From positions 1,344,001 to 1,408,000 of the forward strand of contig OZ252244.1 in the NCBI GenBank assembly GCA_965249575.1: 64,000 nt of DNA. Direction: 5' to 3'. A program made the position numbers and the translations under genes. The stretch is from Gemmatimonadales bacterium. GTDB taxonomy: Bacteria > Gemmatimonadota > Gemmatimonadetes > Gemmatimonadales > GWC2-71-9. Below, in pieces: positions 30,275-39,722 of the stretch. Position 1 is the stretch's first letter, and the number at the start of each line of letters is the position of its first letter. The notes beneath the pieces were generated by a model. That model ran no database searches and was not told the DNA's origin. It saw only the letters and a program-made list of their open reading frames with translations.

Positions 30275-31651
30275 TCACCGCAAACTCACCCTCGCGGGCG
30301 CGGGCGCGCCCTCCGGCCCCCGGTCCCAGTCTTGGGCGCTCGACACGTTCGGCATTCCCCACTGGTGCCCGTTCCAGCCGTCAAACCCGTCCATGCGGAG
30401 CACCCAGAAGCCCGTGCGCATGTCGTTCACGACGATGAGGCCGTCGGCGTTGCGAACGTCGACACCAAACCCACCGTTCGATGCGTTTGGTCTGGGATTC
30501 GCCCGTCGGAAGGTGCCCCAGCCTTGGATGGCGTGCGGGCCGTCGTACGTATCCCAATATCCAACCGTATACGGATTCGTCGGGTCCATCAAATTGATCA
30601 CGTACATACCGTCCTCGTACGCCGCGACGAACGCGTAGGGCCACCGTATCTCGGCGTTGTGTCCCTTGTTCTTCCAGTCGGGCGTCCAGGCACCAATCGA
30701 GCGCGAGATGTTCTTGACCTCACCCGTGAACGCCGGCTTCAAGTCGAACGTCCTGAACGGACCCAATTCTAGCGCAGACCACGTGAGGCCATACCGACCG
30801 TCGGGCGAGGCAACGAACGTGTGGCCTCCCGGATTGCCTGCAACGCCCTGCATGGTGACGAGCAGCTCGGGATTGCTGAGATCGGTGATGTCGAATACGT
30901 AGTAGCCCCCAAGCGGGGTGATCTCGGGCCCTCCGCCGTAGAACTTGTCCTGGCGGGTGGCCGGATCGTACGCCACGTACATGTCGTGATACCCACCTGG
31001 AGCCCCACGGGGCTCGGGGAGGGGAATGCCCGCAATCAACCCGTGGTCAGGGACCCCGGCCACGAACCGATCCATGTCGTAGACGTTTGCACCGTGCGGA
31101 GTCGACGGCAACGCGTTGATCGTGGCGAACAGCAAGACGGCGCCGGTCGAGTGCTTGTAGGCGAAGATGTTGTGGAATCCGCCCGGGAGGTCGGGCACGC
31201 GAATCCTCCCGACTTCCCGTACGGTCGCCGGGTCGGGCAGGCCCGTGACGTCGAATACCACGGCACCGACGTCCGCGTCCGGCCCGCTCCGACCGAACTG
31301 TACAGACTGCACGTCGTAGTACCGGTCGTTCACCTTGAAATATTTGTTGTCGAGGGTCCCCGGACCCTGATGAAGCTCCGCGTTCTCGATCTGCCAGCGC
31401 CAAATCACCTTGGCCTCCGACGGATTCGCCACGCTCACGATGTTGAGCCCCATGTCGGTCATCGTGGAGACATACGCGTACGGCCGGGACACTTCCTGCT
31501 CCAGCTCGATATCCGACCCGGTGAATGGCCCGCCCGTGGGGATGTGGGACAGCACGTGCACGTTGGGGCTGCTTTGCCTACCCGGAGGGTGCTGAGCAAC
31601 CATCGGTGAGGCGAGGAACATCACGAGGGCGACTAGGAAGAGTGAGCGCAT
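30275..31651 (-). CDS. Secreted His-rich beta-propeller (LVIVD/choice-of-anchor-B-like), paralog 1
   Basis: Signal peptide; GGFHN, YHD, GHT, GHN motifs; FD(V/I)T..NP repeats; MDGFDGWNGHQWGMPN tail. Confidence 0.75.
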   Translation of the reverse strand: MRSLFLVALVMFLASPMVAQHPPGRQSSPNVHVLSHIPTGGPFTGSDIELEQEVSRPYAYVSTMTDMGLNIVSVANPSEAKVIWRWQIENAELHQGPGTLDNKYFKVNDRYYDVQSVQFGRSGPDADVGAVVFDVTGLPDPATVREVGRIRVPDLPGGFHNIFAYKHSTGAVLLFATINALPSTPHGANVYDMDRFVAGVPDHGLIAGIPLPEPRGAPGGYHDMYVAYDPATRQDKFYGGGPEITPLGGYYVFDITDLSNPELLVTMQGVAGNPGGHTFVASPDGRYGLTWSALELGPFRTFDLKPAFTGEVKNISRSIGAWTPDWKNKGHNAEIRWPYAFVAAYEDGMYVINLMDPTNPYTVGYWDTYDGPHAIQGWGTFRRANPRPNASNGGFGVDVRNADGLIVVNDMRTGFWVLRMDGFDGWNGHQWGMPNVSSAQDWDRGPEGAPAPARVSLR

Positions 31652-31671
31652 GCGATACTCCCAGAGCTATC

Positions 31672-31734
31672 GGGTGTCAGGTGTCGGCTGTCAGGTATCG
31701 GGGCATAGGCTCTGGCACCCGGCACCTGGCACCT
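31672..31734. repeat. Inverted pair of degenerate heptamer arrays (GGTGTCA-like / GGCACCT-like)
   Basis: gggtgtcaggtgtcggctgtcaggtatcg ... ctggcacccggcacctggcacct; could form an imperfect hairpin. Confidence 0.6.
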
Positions 31735-31756
31735 ACCTGGCCTAGCGCCCCGACGC

Positions 31757-34700
31757 CTAGCCCCTAAACAGGTAACTCAGCTTGACGAAGAATCCATCGG
31801 CGGTGCGTTCAAGATCGCGAAACCGAAACGCATCCCTCTCGGTCAAGGACGAGCCATACCCTACAAAGAGTACCGTGCCGGGATTGGGCCGAAAAGAGAA
31901 CAGCCAGTCATAGCGGACTCCGTTGCTGACCTCTCGCGTCGTGAGCACGTAATCACCGATACCCGAGTCGAAGCGGAGTATTGGAGCCTCGGTGACGGGG
32001 TCTCGCAGGGCGTCTTGAATCTCGGCGGTGTACTCGCCGACGAACCTCACGAAAATCGAGCGAGAGAGCTGGTACTCCACTTTGAGACGAGGGATTCTCG
32101 AGGTCGAGAGATTGGTCCCGTCGCGTCGCCTGTCCAGGATGAGCTGGGTGAACCGAGGATTGATGCGCAGCTTATCGGTAGGGCGCCAGGTCAGCTCCGC
32201 GGTCACGCGAAGGAGATTGACCTTCGTCGCCTCGATATACCCGACGTCGTGGAGCCGGTTCACCGCCAGCGAGGCCGAGAAACGCCCGAATTCTGGCGTG
32301 TTGAACCTGCTGGTGACGCCGACGCCGTCATTGGCGCGCGGTGGCAACGGAAACGGAATCGTGTCGGTGGCAGACCCCACCAGCCGCTGGATCGCGTAGT
32401 CGGCGTACCGTGCCGGGTCCCAATCATTGGTTTCCCAGTTCACCGAGATCCGCCCCCTCCAGCCGCCTTTCAACGTGAAGTTGTTGATGAAAAACGTTCG
32501 ACTCTCCAGCGGGGGATCCGCATTCCAGAAGCCCCGATAGAGCCAATTGCCCGACAGCCGCACCGACGTGGTCCAGCTCTCGACCGTAGCACCGGGCTTG
32601 CCGAACCAGGTGACGCCGTTGGTTAGGCTCGCCTGCACGACGTTCGTCCGGGGAACGAATCCGCTCTGCGTCTCGAAATCGGGATGGAACCCCGCCACCC
32701 GATAGTTCATCCCGAATTGACGGCCCGCCCGGTTGAATGCCACCTCCCAGAGCGGCGCCCTGGTCGTGACCCCAGCGGTGCGGGTGATGCTTCCGCCGCC
32801 CTGAAGCTGAAGCGAATACAGCTTGCCGAGCACTACCCGAACGTCGGCCGCTGCCACGCGGTTGTAGTTGTTCCCATCGATCTTGTCGGTGTAGAGGAGC
32901 CCCGCCCAGGACCGGCTGCCGAGGTCCCGGCGAAGCCGCAACAAGTTGAAGATTGGATAATCGGTCTCATCGGCCGAGGTGAGCTTGCCGTCGACCGCCG
33001 ACAGCAGCCCTACGTTCCAGTTACCAACCTTGCCACCGACCTTCACACCACCGACCGGCTCGACGATCTGTCGGGTATGGATCAACCGGTTCGGCGTGTC
33101 GAACTGTTCGGCGCCCTCGAGGAAGAAGGGCCGCTTTTCCGGAAAGAAGAACGCGAAGCGCTGGTTCCCGGAGACCTGACCCACGTCGGCCTCCACCTGC
33201 GAGAAGTCGGGATTGACCGTGCCGTTGAGGGTGAGGTTCGGCGTCACACCCCAGCGAACGTTCCCGCCGAGCTCGGGATCGGGGTCCTGGTATTCCCACG
33301 CGCCGCCCACCAATGCCGGCTCGCCGTCCATGCGGGCGGTGAAGACCGGGTTGATGTCGAGAATCAACGCACGGGTGAACCCGGTGAGTCCACTGAACGT
33401 GCCGGACTGGCTCAAGAACGACGCGTTGGCCTTGCGCGCGGGGGTCCAGGTCTGCTGATGGCCGGAGTACTGCACCTGGCGAACAATGTTGATCCCCCAG
33501 TCCTGCGTGTCGGTGGACTGAAATCGAATGCTCTTGAAGGGAATTTTGACCTCGATCTCGTACCCGTTCTCCGTGATCCGTCCCTTGGAGTCGAACACGA
33601 AGTCCTGGCTCAGATCCACATCGGGAATGCCCCCGGTGGTTGGCAAGAAACGGGACCCGCCTTGCCGGATCTGAACGCCCTCGCTCCGGGTTCCGTCCGC
33701 CTGCGCGCCGAGTGGATTGACGGCAAACACCAGCGCGCGCCGTCGGTCGTTGAACGTATCGAGGAGAATCTGGACGTAGTCGTCGCTGCCGATCTTGTCC
33801 CGATCGGCAAGTGTCGCGCGCACGGCACCCGGTGGCGCGAACGCCCGGATACCAAAGTAGATCGCGTCCGCCCCGTACCAGACGAGGACGTCGGTCGAGT
33901 CGTCCGCTGGCAAGCCATCTTGCGGGTTGTACTGCGAGAAACCGGTGAGATGCGCCGCGGCCCCCCACGCCGCCTCGTCGAGCACGCCGTTCACCACCAC
34001 CGCCGCCTCGTGCCGCGGCAACGGCACCGCCAGCTGGCCCGACCGACCCGAGAACACCGCACCCGCACCGATCCCGGCCGCGCCGGTGGCCGCGAGGGAC
34101 GGCCCGTTCGTGGGCGCCGCGACCGCCGGCTGCTGCGGCGCGACCCGCTCCGCCCGCGCCGGCGGCGCCCCGTCCACGTACATCACCGGACACGCCCGCA
34201 CCTGCCCCCGCCGCCGCACCACCACCCGCCCCGCCCGTCCGTCCGCCAACGCCCGCTGCGCGTCCCGATACGCCCGCCCCCCCCACTCCCCCGCCCACAC
34301 TGCACACAAATCCGTGTAGCCCGCCTCCCCCGGCACCCGTGTCAGCAACACCGCCGCCTCCCCGCCCCCCCACACCGCGTCCTGCGCCGCCGCCCGCGCC
34401 GGCCCAAACCCCCAGTACCACACCGCCACCCCCCGATACCACGCCGGCCGCAACCGCCGCCCCGCCGGATCGTGCTCCAACGTGCTCCCCGCCGGCACCA
34501 CCACCGCCAGCACCATCTGCCCCGTCCCCACCACCCGCACCTGCCCCCGCCGCGCCAACGCCCGAATCACCGCCGCACTGCGCACCGCCACCGGCTCCAC
34601 CCCCCCCGCCACCACCTCCACCTCGTACACCCGCCGCACCACGCTGTAGCCCCCCACCCCCGGAATCGTCGAGAAGACCTCCCCTCCCCCCCGCACCCGG

Positions 34701-34933
34701 TACAACGTCCCCGCCTGCGGCTCCGTCCGCCCCAAATCGTACCACTGCACCGCCCGCCCCTTGTACCACCCGTCCCGCAACGGATAGTGCGTCGCAAACG
34801 CCTCCCCCAACTGCTCCACCGCGCTCCGCTCCACGGGTGACAACGGCTCGCCAGCCAGCACGTCGCCCTGGACTCCGTGGGCAGCCGAGACGGCCGACCA
34901 ACACAAGACGATCGAGAGCAATAGGGTCTTCAA
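31757..34933 (-). CDS. Outer-membrane protein: extra N-terminal tandem domain + CBM9-like domain + DUF5916-like beta-barrel
   Basis: TTG start with signal peptide; NGVLDEAAW, LDTFNDRR, VNPLG.Q.D, TVNPDFSQVEAD, FFPEKRPFFLEG, terminal FFVKLSYLF. Confidence 0.8.
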   Translation of the reverse strand: MKTLLLSIVLCWSAVSAAHGVQGDVLAGEPLSPVERSAVEQLGEAFATHYPLRDGWYKGRAVQWYDLGRTEPQAGTLYRVRGGGEVFSTIPGVGGYSVVRRVYEVEVVAGGVEPVAVRSAAVIRALARRGQVRVVGTGQMVLAVVVPAGSTLEHDPAGRRLRPAWYRGVAVWYWGFGPARAAAQDAVWGGGEAAVLLTRVPGEAGYTDLCAVWAGEWGGRAYRDAQRALADGRAGRVVVRRRGQVRACPVMYVDGAPPARAERVAPQQPAVAAPTNGPSLAATGAAGIGAGAVFSGRSGQLAVPLPRHEAAVVVNGVLDEAAWGAAAHLTGFSQYNPQDGLPADDSTDVLVWYGADAIYFGIRAFAPPGAVRATLADRDKIGSDDYVQILLDTFNDRRRALVFAVNPLGAQADGTRSEGVQIRQGGSRFLPTTGGIPDVDLSQDFVFDSKGRITENGYEIEVKIPFKSIRFQSTDTQDWGINIVRQVQYSGHQQTWTPARKANASFLSQSGTFSGLTGFTRALILDINPVFTARMDGEPALVGGAWEYQDPDPELGGNVRWGVTPNLTLNGTVNPDFSQVEADVGQVSGNQRFAFFFPEKRPFFLEGAEQFDTPNRLIHTRQIVEPVGGVKVGGKVGNWNVGLLSAVDGKLTSADETDYPIFNLLRLRRDLGSRSWAGLLYTDKIDGNNYNRVAAADVRVVLGKLYSLQLQGGGSITRTAGVTTRAPLWEVAFNRAGRQFGMNYRVAGFHPDFETQSGFVPRTNVVQASLTNGVTWFGKPGATVESWTTSVRLSGNWLYRGFWNADPPLESRTFFINNFTLKGGWRGRISVNWETNDWDPARYADYAIQRLVGSATDTIPFPLPPRANDGVGVTSRFNTPEFGRFSASLAVNRLHDVGYIEATKVNLLRVTAELTWRPTDKLRINPRFTQLILDRRRDGTNLSTSRIPRLKVEYQLSRSIFVRFVGEYTAEIQDALRDPVTEAPILRFDSGIGDYVLTTREVSNGVRYDWLFSFRPNPGTVLFVGYGSSLTERDAFRFRDLERTADGFFVKLSYLFRG

Positions 34934-35024
34934 CTGAAGCCTAGAGTGTGTGGGAGCTGTTTCTGCGGAACATGCTACTGGAAGAATAGGCCCGACCGGC
35001 TCGCCAGTCGAGGACCGGGGTACC

Positions 35025-35399
35025 TTAGGTATCACCGTCTCGCCAGCGTCGCGGGCCGAGCACAACAAAAGGGATACTGAGCGGCACCAGCAACAACGCC
35101 GACCCCCAGCCCGTGATGCCGATCTGCCGCGCGTCACCCAGTGCCCAAACGCCCCACGCGATTGCGGCGAAGAAGAGGATGTAGATCGGCGTCATCAGCC
35201 GCCGATAGGTCAGCGACGGATGTCGCCACGGAGCGAAAAACAGGATGGACGCCAAAGAGGCGCCGAGTATGACGAGCCCGAGTAGCGCCTCGCGGGTCTG
35301 GCCGTCCACCCAGACGACGACCGAGAGGATCAGCACCCACACGAATCCTCCACTCCACCCCAGCATCCAGCCAAGCCTCTCGCCGCTGCGTGATGCCAT
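35025..35399 (-). CDS. Hypothetical membrane protein
   Basis: GERLGW..GW.GGF.W, APWRHP..TY..LM.P.Y, G.RRW.D. Confidence 0.65.
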   Translation of the reverse strand: MASRSGERLGWMLGWSGGFVWVLILSVVVWVDGQTREALLGLVILGASLASILFFAPWRHPSLTYRRLMTPIYILFFAAIAWGVWALGDARQIGITGWGSALLLVPLSIPFVVLGPRRWRDGDT

Positions 35400-35410
35400 C
35401 TCGGCTAACC

Positions 35411-35644
35411 CTAAGAGGACGGGCCCGTGATGCGAGGGCTGGCCGACCAAGGGCATGAATTTTGGGCCAGGCCCGCCAACACACACCGCTCCATACACGC
35501 ACCGAAAGTGATGTCGAGGAACTGCTCGTTCGTTGAGGGGATGGTACAGGCCCCCTTCTCACCCGCGCATGCTACTACACCGATGGCCACGCTGGCGGCC
35601 ACGATGGCACGGGTTAGGGTTTTGACGGGTGTTCGCGGCGTCAC
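35411..35644 (-). CDS. Small Cys-rich lipoprotein
   Basis: GGAGG RBS, GTG start, VVAC lipobox, four further Cys in a 77-aa ORF. Confidence 0.5.
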   Translation of the reverse strand: MTPRTPVKTLTRAIVAASVAIGVVACAGEKGACTIPSTNEQFLDITFGACMERCVLAGLAQNSCPWSASPRITGPSS

Positions 35645-35863
35645 GTAGCCTCCTTGCCGACGTCGGCGGATATCACTCCTTCGCCGAGACTGGAACTGCT
35701 GCCCAGCTGCCCTAGCTCCTCGTACGATATGCTCTCGAGATGTCGTTGGATAGCACGAGGCGGTGATGATCGCCACCCAGTGACATTCGAAACGGTGAGT
35801 ACAGCAACCGAGGCCCCGCGGTGCGCGGGACCTCAGCGTCCATCGTCGAGTGGCGCCTCGGGC

Positions 35864-36818
35864 TCACCGAAGCGGTACTACGCCCCAGCGCGGATACTGG
35901 TTACCGCCGGTTGAAGCGGTCAACTGCTCGAGCCCCGCCGCCTCGCCGGCCAGGGGCATGATGTAAATCTGACCGGGGGGGGAAATGACGTCCGCTCGAA
36001 AAAACGATCTGGGTGCCGTCCGGAGAACAGTCGGGATCACCGTCTGGTCCAGCATACGTCGTGAGGCGGCGCTGGTTCGTGCCGAATTGATCCATGACCC
36101 ACACGTCACCCCACGGATCGTCCCGGGATGACACGAACAGGATCTCGCTTCCGTCGGGCGACCACCGCGGCGACCAGTTGTCCGGGAACGTGTTGGTCAG
36201 GCGGGTTCCACGCATTCCGTCAGGTGTCGTAAGGTAGATCTGGAGGTCTCCCGGGGATCTGTTCGACGAGAACACGATCTGGGTACCGTCGGGCGACCAG
36301 TCGGGCGACCACTCGTGTGCCGTTGTGTTGCTAATGTTCGTTTGGTTCAATCCATCTACGTTCATGACAAAGAGATCGTTGTCTCCATCACGATTGCTTA
36401 TGAAGGCGATCTGGCTTCCATCAGGCGACCACGTGGGCCAGACATCCATGTCCCCGTTCGTGGTCAGCCGATCCAGGTCCGAGCCGTCGAGGTCCGACGT
36501 GTAGATCTCGGCGTTCCCGATGCCGTGACGCACGGTGACAAAGACGATACGCGAACCGTCCGGAGAGATCGCCGCTTGATTGTCGTTAGCGCCCGAGAAG
36601 CTCGTGACGTTGCTCTGGGCGGAACCGTCGGGATGCATGATGTACACTTCGGCGTCGGTGTCGCGGTGACTCGTGAACACGATGACTTGTTTCCCAGACA
36701 CGCCACGCCTACCCAGTGACGGGCTCGCCACCTCGACGCGGTTTGAGCCGACCGGGCCGCTCACGTCGCAGGCGCCTAACAGGGTGCAGAGGAGCAGTGC
36801 GGGAATCGCGGATCGCAT
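35864..36818 (-). CDS. TolB-like (PD40) propeller lipoprotein, frameshift in G-run near 35975
   Basis: LGAC lipobox; repeated WSPDG..I.F.S.R; alternate frame gives QIYIM...QLT...NQYPRWG. Confidence 0.8.
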
Positions 36819-37006
36819 GAGGTCTCTCCAGGTTGAGATTGGGCAGTGGCTACTCGACCCTTCTGACCTGTACTGCGACAAACCGGGATCGAACCCGCCA
36901 TCCCACCGGTCGGGGAGTTCGTAGGTGGTACAGCGGCCGGCCCTAACCCATTATTGAACGGCATACGGGCGACCGACCCCCGTACGATCCTTCCGAGGAG
37001 ACGACG

Positions 37007-37144
37007 ATGTTCGAGCTCATCCCTGTGGTCAGACCTCCCGCGGCGGCGATCGCGTTGTTGATTGTGACTACCCGCCTCGCGTGGGCACAGGGCCGGACGG
37101 TGTTATACCCCAGCCGTACGTGGCGCTCATCAACACTCAGGTGA
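37007..37144 (+). pseudogene. Signal-peptide-only 5' remnant
   Basis: GAGGAG RBS; MFELIPVVRPPAAAIALLIVTTRLAWAQG then early stop. Confidence 0.35.
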
Positions 37145-37243
37145 TCTGGGGGGGGTGACTGGAACGTGCCGACTAACAGGACGCTGAAGCTAACGAACTT
37201 CGCCTACGGGAGGGTTCGAGCTCAACTCGGAGAAACGAAAGAC

Positions 37244-37780
37244 ATGCGCATGCATCGCTACACCCTATCCACTCGCACAAACCTGACTCTTGCTCTCCTT
37301 ACCATCCCAATTGCCCCGCTATGCACGTCGCGTGTTTTGGCACAAGAACACTCGGTGATTCAGCAGTTCATTGGTGCGTGGGAAGGGCATGGCACACTCT
37401 TTGGAACTGACGCAACGTTCACCATGAAGTGGGAATGGGTACTCGAGCGACGATTCCTGCATCTGACCTTCAAGAACCAAACGCGCAGCCGCGATGGCAC
37501 AGAGCGTATTCTCAGAGCACAGGCGTTCTATTTGCCCATAGGAGAAGGACGATTCGAAGGAACCTGGTTTGATTCCCGAGGCATGGTACTGCCGCTACAG
37601 GGGAGTGCCGAGCAAACCACGTTGACTACACTTTGGGGAACGCAGGAGACCGAGCGCGGTCGAACCGTGTACCGTCTGCTGAACGAGAGCGAGCTCGAGG
37701 TCGAGGATTCTGTTTGGCGTGGCGATCAATTGCATGAGTTCGGTCGTGCGACATACGGGCGCGTGGCGACTGACCCATAG
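37244..37780 (+). CDS. Secreted beta-barrel hypothetical protein (DUF1579-like)
   Basis: VLA-Q cleavage; FIGAWEG.G, W.WVL..RFL, GTWFDSRG, GRTVYRL. Confidence 0.6.
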   Translation: MRMHRYTLSTRTNLTLALLTIPIAPLCTSRVLAQEHSVIQQFIGAWEGHGTLFGTDATFTMKWEWVLERRFLHLTFKNQTRSRDGTERILRAQAFYLPIGEGRFEGTWFDSRGMVLPLQGSAEQTTLTTLWGTQETERGRTVYRLLNESELEVEDSVWRGDQLHEFGRATYGRVATDP

Positions 37781-37896
37781 AGGTTGTGGACCCACCACAC
37801 CAACCGCACGACCAGCCAACGGTGGGGTACGTCACCGATCCAGGCTCGGCACTGGCGAGAAGGCCGAACGGGCGCGCGAAGGTAACTGGCAACGAC

Positions 37897-39234
37897 TCAT
37901 CCGCCCATCTGGCTCTGTTGCTCCTGTTCATCCCCCTCCTCCTCTTCGTCGTCCCCGAACTCTTCCTCCTTCAGTCGAAACTGCTCGGCCAGCTCAGGGT
38001 CGTCCTCGACTCCCAGAACTCGCTTTGCGATATACTCACCCAGCACCGGGCCCGACTTGAACGATTCCGCGGCCCCACCGCCGGCCAGCCACACGTTGGC
38101 GAAGTCGGGGTGCTTGTCGATGATGAAGTTGCGATCGACCGTGCTATCGTAGTGACACGCCCGAGTCTCGATGATCGGCGCCCCCAAGAGTCCTGGGAAG
38201 TACTGCTCGATGATCTCGCGCGGACGGCGGTGGTATTGCTCGTCAATCCACCGGTCACTGTAGTCGGGATCCTCCTGCGGGCGGCCTCCGGTCCGAACCC
38301 TGAAGCCGCGCAGGTCGCTGCTCAGTCCCGGCCACCCCGTACAGCCTGGAACTCCGTAACTCGGCATGTTGGGATGCACGAAGCGGGTGTCCCCGGGTGG
38401 AATACCGAAGTAAAAGACGTGACCGATGCTGGTGCGAAGTCGCGTGGACATGAACGTGGGAAACACTTTGGGGAACCACGGCCCGCACGCGAAAACGAAG
38501 AGGGACGCTGCGATCGCATCGCCGCCCTCGACTGAAACGGTCTGCAATCGGTCGCCGCTTCGTTCGCCCATCGTGGCTCGTCCCAGAGTGAGTTTCCCGC
38601 CTTCGCGGACGAACACCTCCGCGATCGACTCGATGGCCCTCCTCGCCCTGACGACTCCGGCACCGGGCTCATAGAGCGCGGTTCCCACGCCGTCCACGCG
38701 AATCCAGGGCCACCGGTGCGCTACCTCCTCCGGTGTGAGAACCTCGTAGGGGATGCCGAGCGAATCCCAGTTCGCCTGCGTGTCCTCGAGGTACGGCTCG
38801 CTCTCCTCGCGCATGATGAGATCGCCCGTCTTGTAGAACAGGCGCGGAAGGAGCCGGGTACCATACGTCCCATCCCACTCCTCCCAGCGCGACATGGCCT
38901 CTCGCGCCACGCGCGACCACAAGAGGCCATGCGGGCGATCGCCGTACGAGGTGCGTACGCCCCGGGTCTCGCCACCCGAGGTCTGGCGCGAGTTTCCGGG
39001 CCCGTAGAGATCGACCACCGTCACGCTTGCGCCGAGCCTCAGCAGGTTCAGGGCCGTCCACATCCCAAACGACCCGGCCCCAATGACCGCGACCTCCGGG
39101 GACTGCCGCCGGCGTACTGATGCGCCTGGTGACTCGGTGTTCGGCCGCGCACCGGACGCTGCCGATGCCCCGGTCAACGCGAGGCCCGCCCCGGTCGTTG
39201 CGACTCTTAGGAACTCCCTGCGATCGACCGTCAT
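37897..39234 (-). CDS. Tat-exported FAD-dependent oxidase (sarcosine/D-amino acid oxidase family)
   Basis: DRREFL Tat motif; VIGAGSFG, TSGGETR, GPW, CHY, FIIDKHP, GGGAAESFKSGP. Confidence 0.88.
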   Translation of the reverse strand: MTVDRREFLRVATTGAGLALTGASAASGARPNTESPGASVRRRQSPEVAVIGAGSFGMWTALNLLRLGASVTVVDLYGPGNSRQTSGGETRGVRTSYGDRPHGLLWSRVAREAMSRWEEWDGTYGTRLLPRLFYKTGDLIMREESEPYLEDTQANWDSLGIPYEVLTPEEVAHRWPWIRVDGVGTALYEPGAGVVRARRAIESIAEVFVREGGKLTLGRATMGERSGDRLQTVSVEGGDAIAASLFVFACGPWFPKVFPTFMSTRLRTSIGHVFYFGIPPGDTRFVHPNMPSYGVPGCTGWPGLSSDLRGFRVRTGGRPQEDPDYSDRWIDEQYHRRPREIIEQYFPGLLGAPIIETRACHYDSTVDRNFIIDKHPDFANVWLAGGGAAESFKSGPVLGEYIAKRVLGVEDDPELAEQFRLKEEEFGDDEEEEGDEQEQQSQMGG

Positions 39235-39722
39235 CTCCCACCGCCCCCGCTTTCAGCCCTGCTGGCCCCGGGACCCAAGGGGATCGACTCCATCGACTCC
39301 GCTGTGGGCACCAATTCGATGGCACCGGAACGGTAGTTGTTGAGCTCCAAGAGATAGGCGATTACATCCGCGTACGTCCGCGACGGAAGGGTTCCCGGCG
39401 CGGTCTCGGGCATGGTCGCCGTCATGCGGGTGTACAGATTCCACACCGTCTGTCGGCGCCACCTCCACTCGAAGTCCCGGCCACGGAACTCGCTCGTCTT
39501 GTGGCACCCGCCGCACGCGCTCCGAAACACGGCCTGGCCGCGAGCCGCTTGCTCGGAAGAGTAAAACCCGACAACCGCCTTGGCCCCGGGTGCCGGGGTA
39601 CCGTCCGCTGGAGCGGCAGACTTGGCGCAACTCGAGGTCAGCGCGAGGGCGGCCGCCGCTAGTGCCGCACGAACCGCTGCACCCGCTTTCCGGTGTTGAC
39701 TTCCGCCGTGTAGAGATTCCAT
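39231..39722 (-). CDS. Monoheme cytochrome c lipoprotein (start uncertain)
   Basis: YSSEQAARG, CGGCH, TMP..APGTL; SSC lipobox. Confidence 0.8.
   Translation of the reverse strand: MESLHGGSQHRKAGAAVRAALAAAALALTSSCAKSAAPADGTPAPGAKAVVGFYSSEQAARGQAVFRSACGGCHKTSEFRGRDFEWRWRRQTVWNLYTRMTATMPETAPGTLPSRTYADVIAYLLELNNYRSGAIELVPTAESMESIPLGPGASRAESGGGGR

Noticed and set aside
32684..34944. Long Gly-rich, Pro-rich and Arg/His-rich ORFs (33021-34904, 34339-34944, 32684-34840)
   Set aside because: Shadow frames produced by the G3-skewed coding segment; the frame with the barrel motifs is the credible gene
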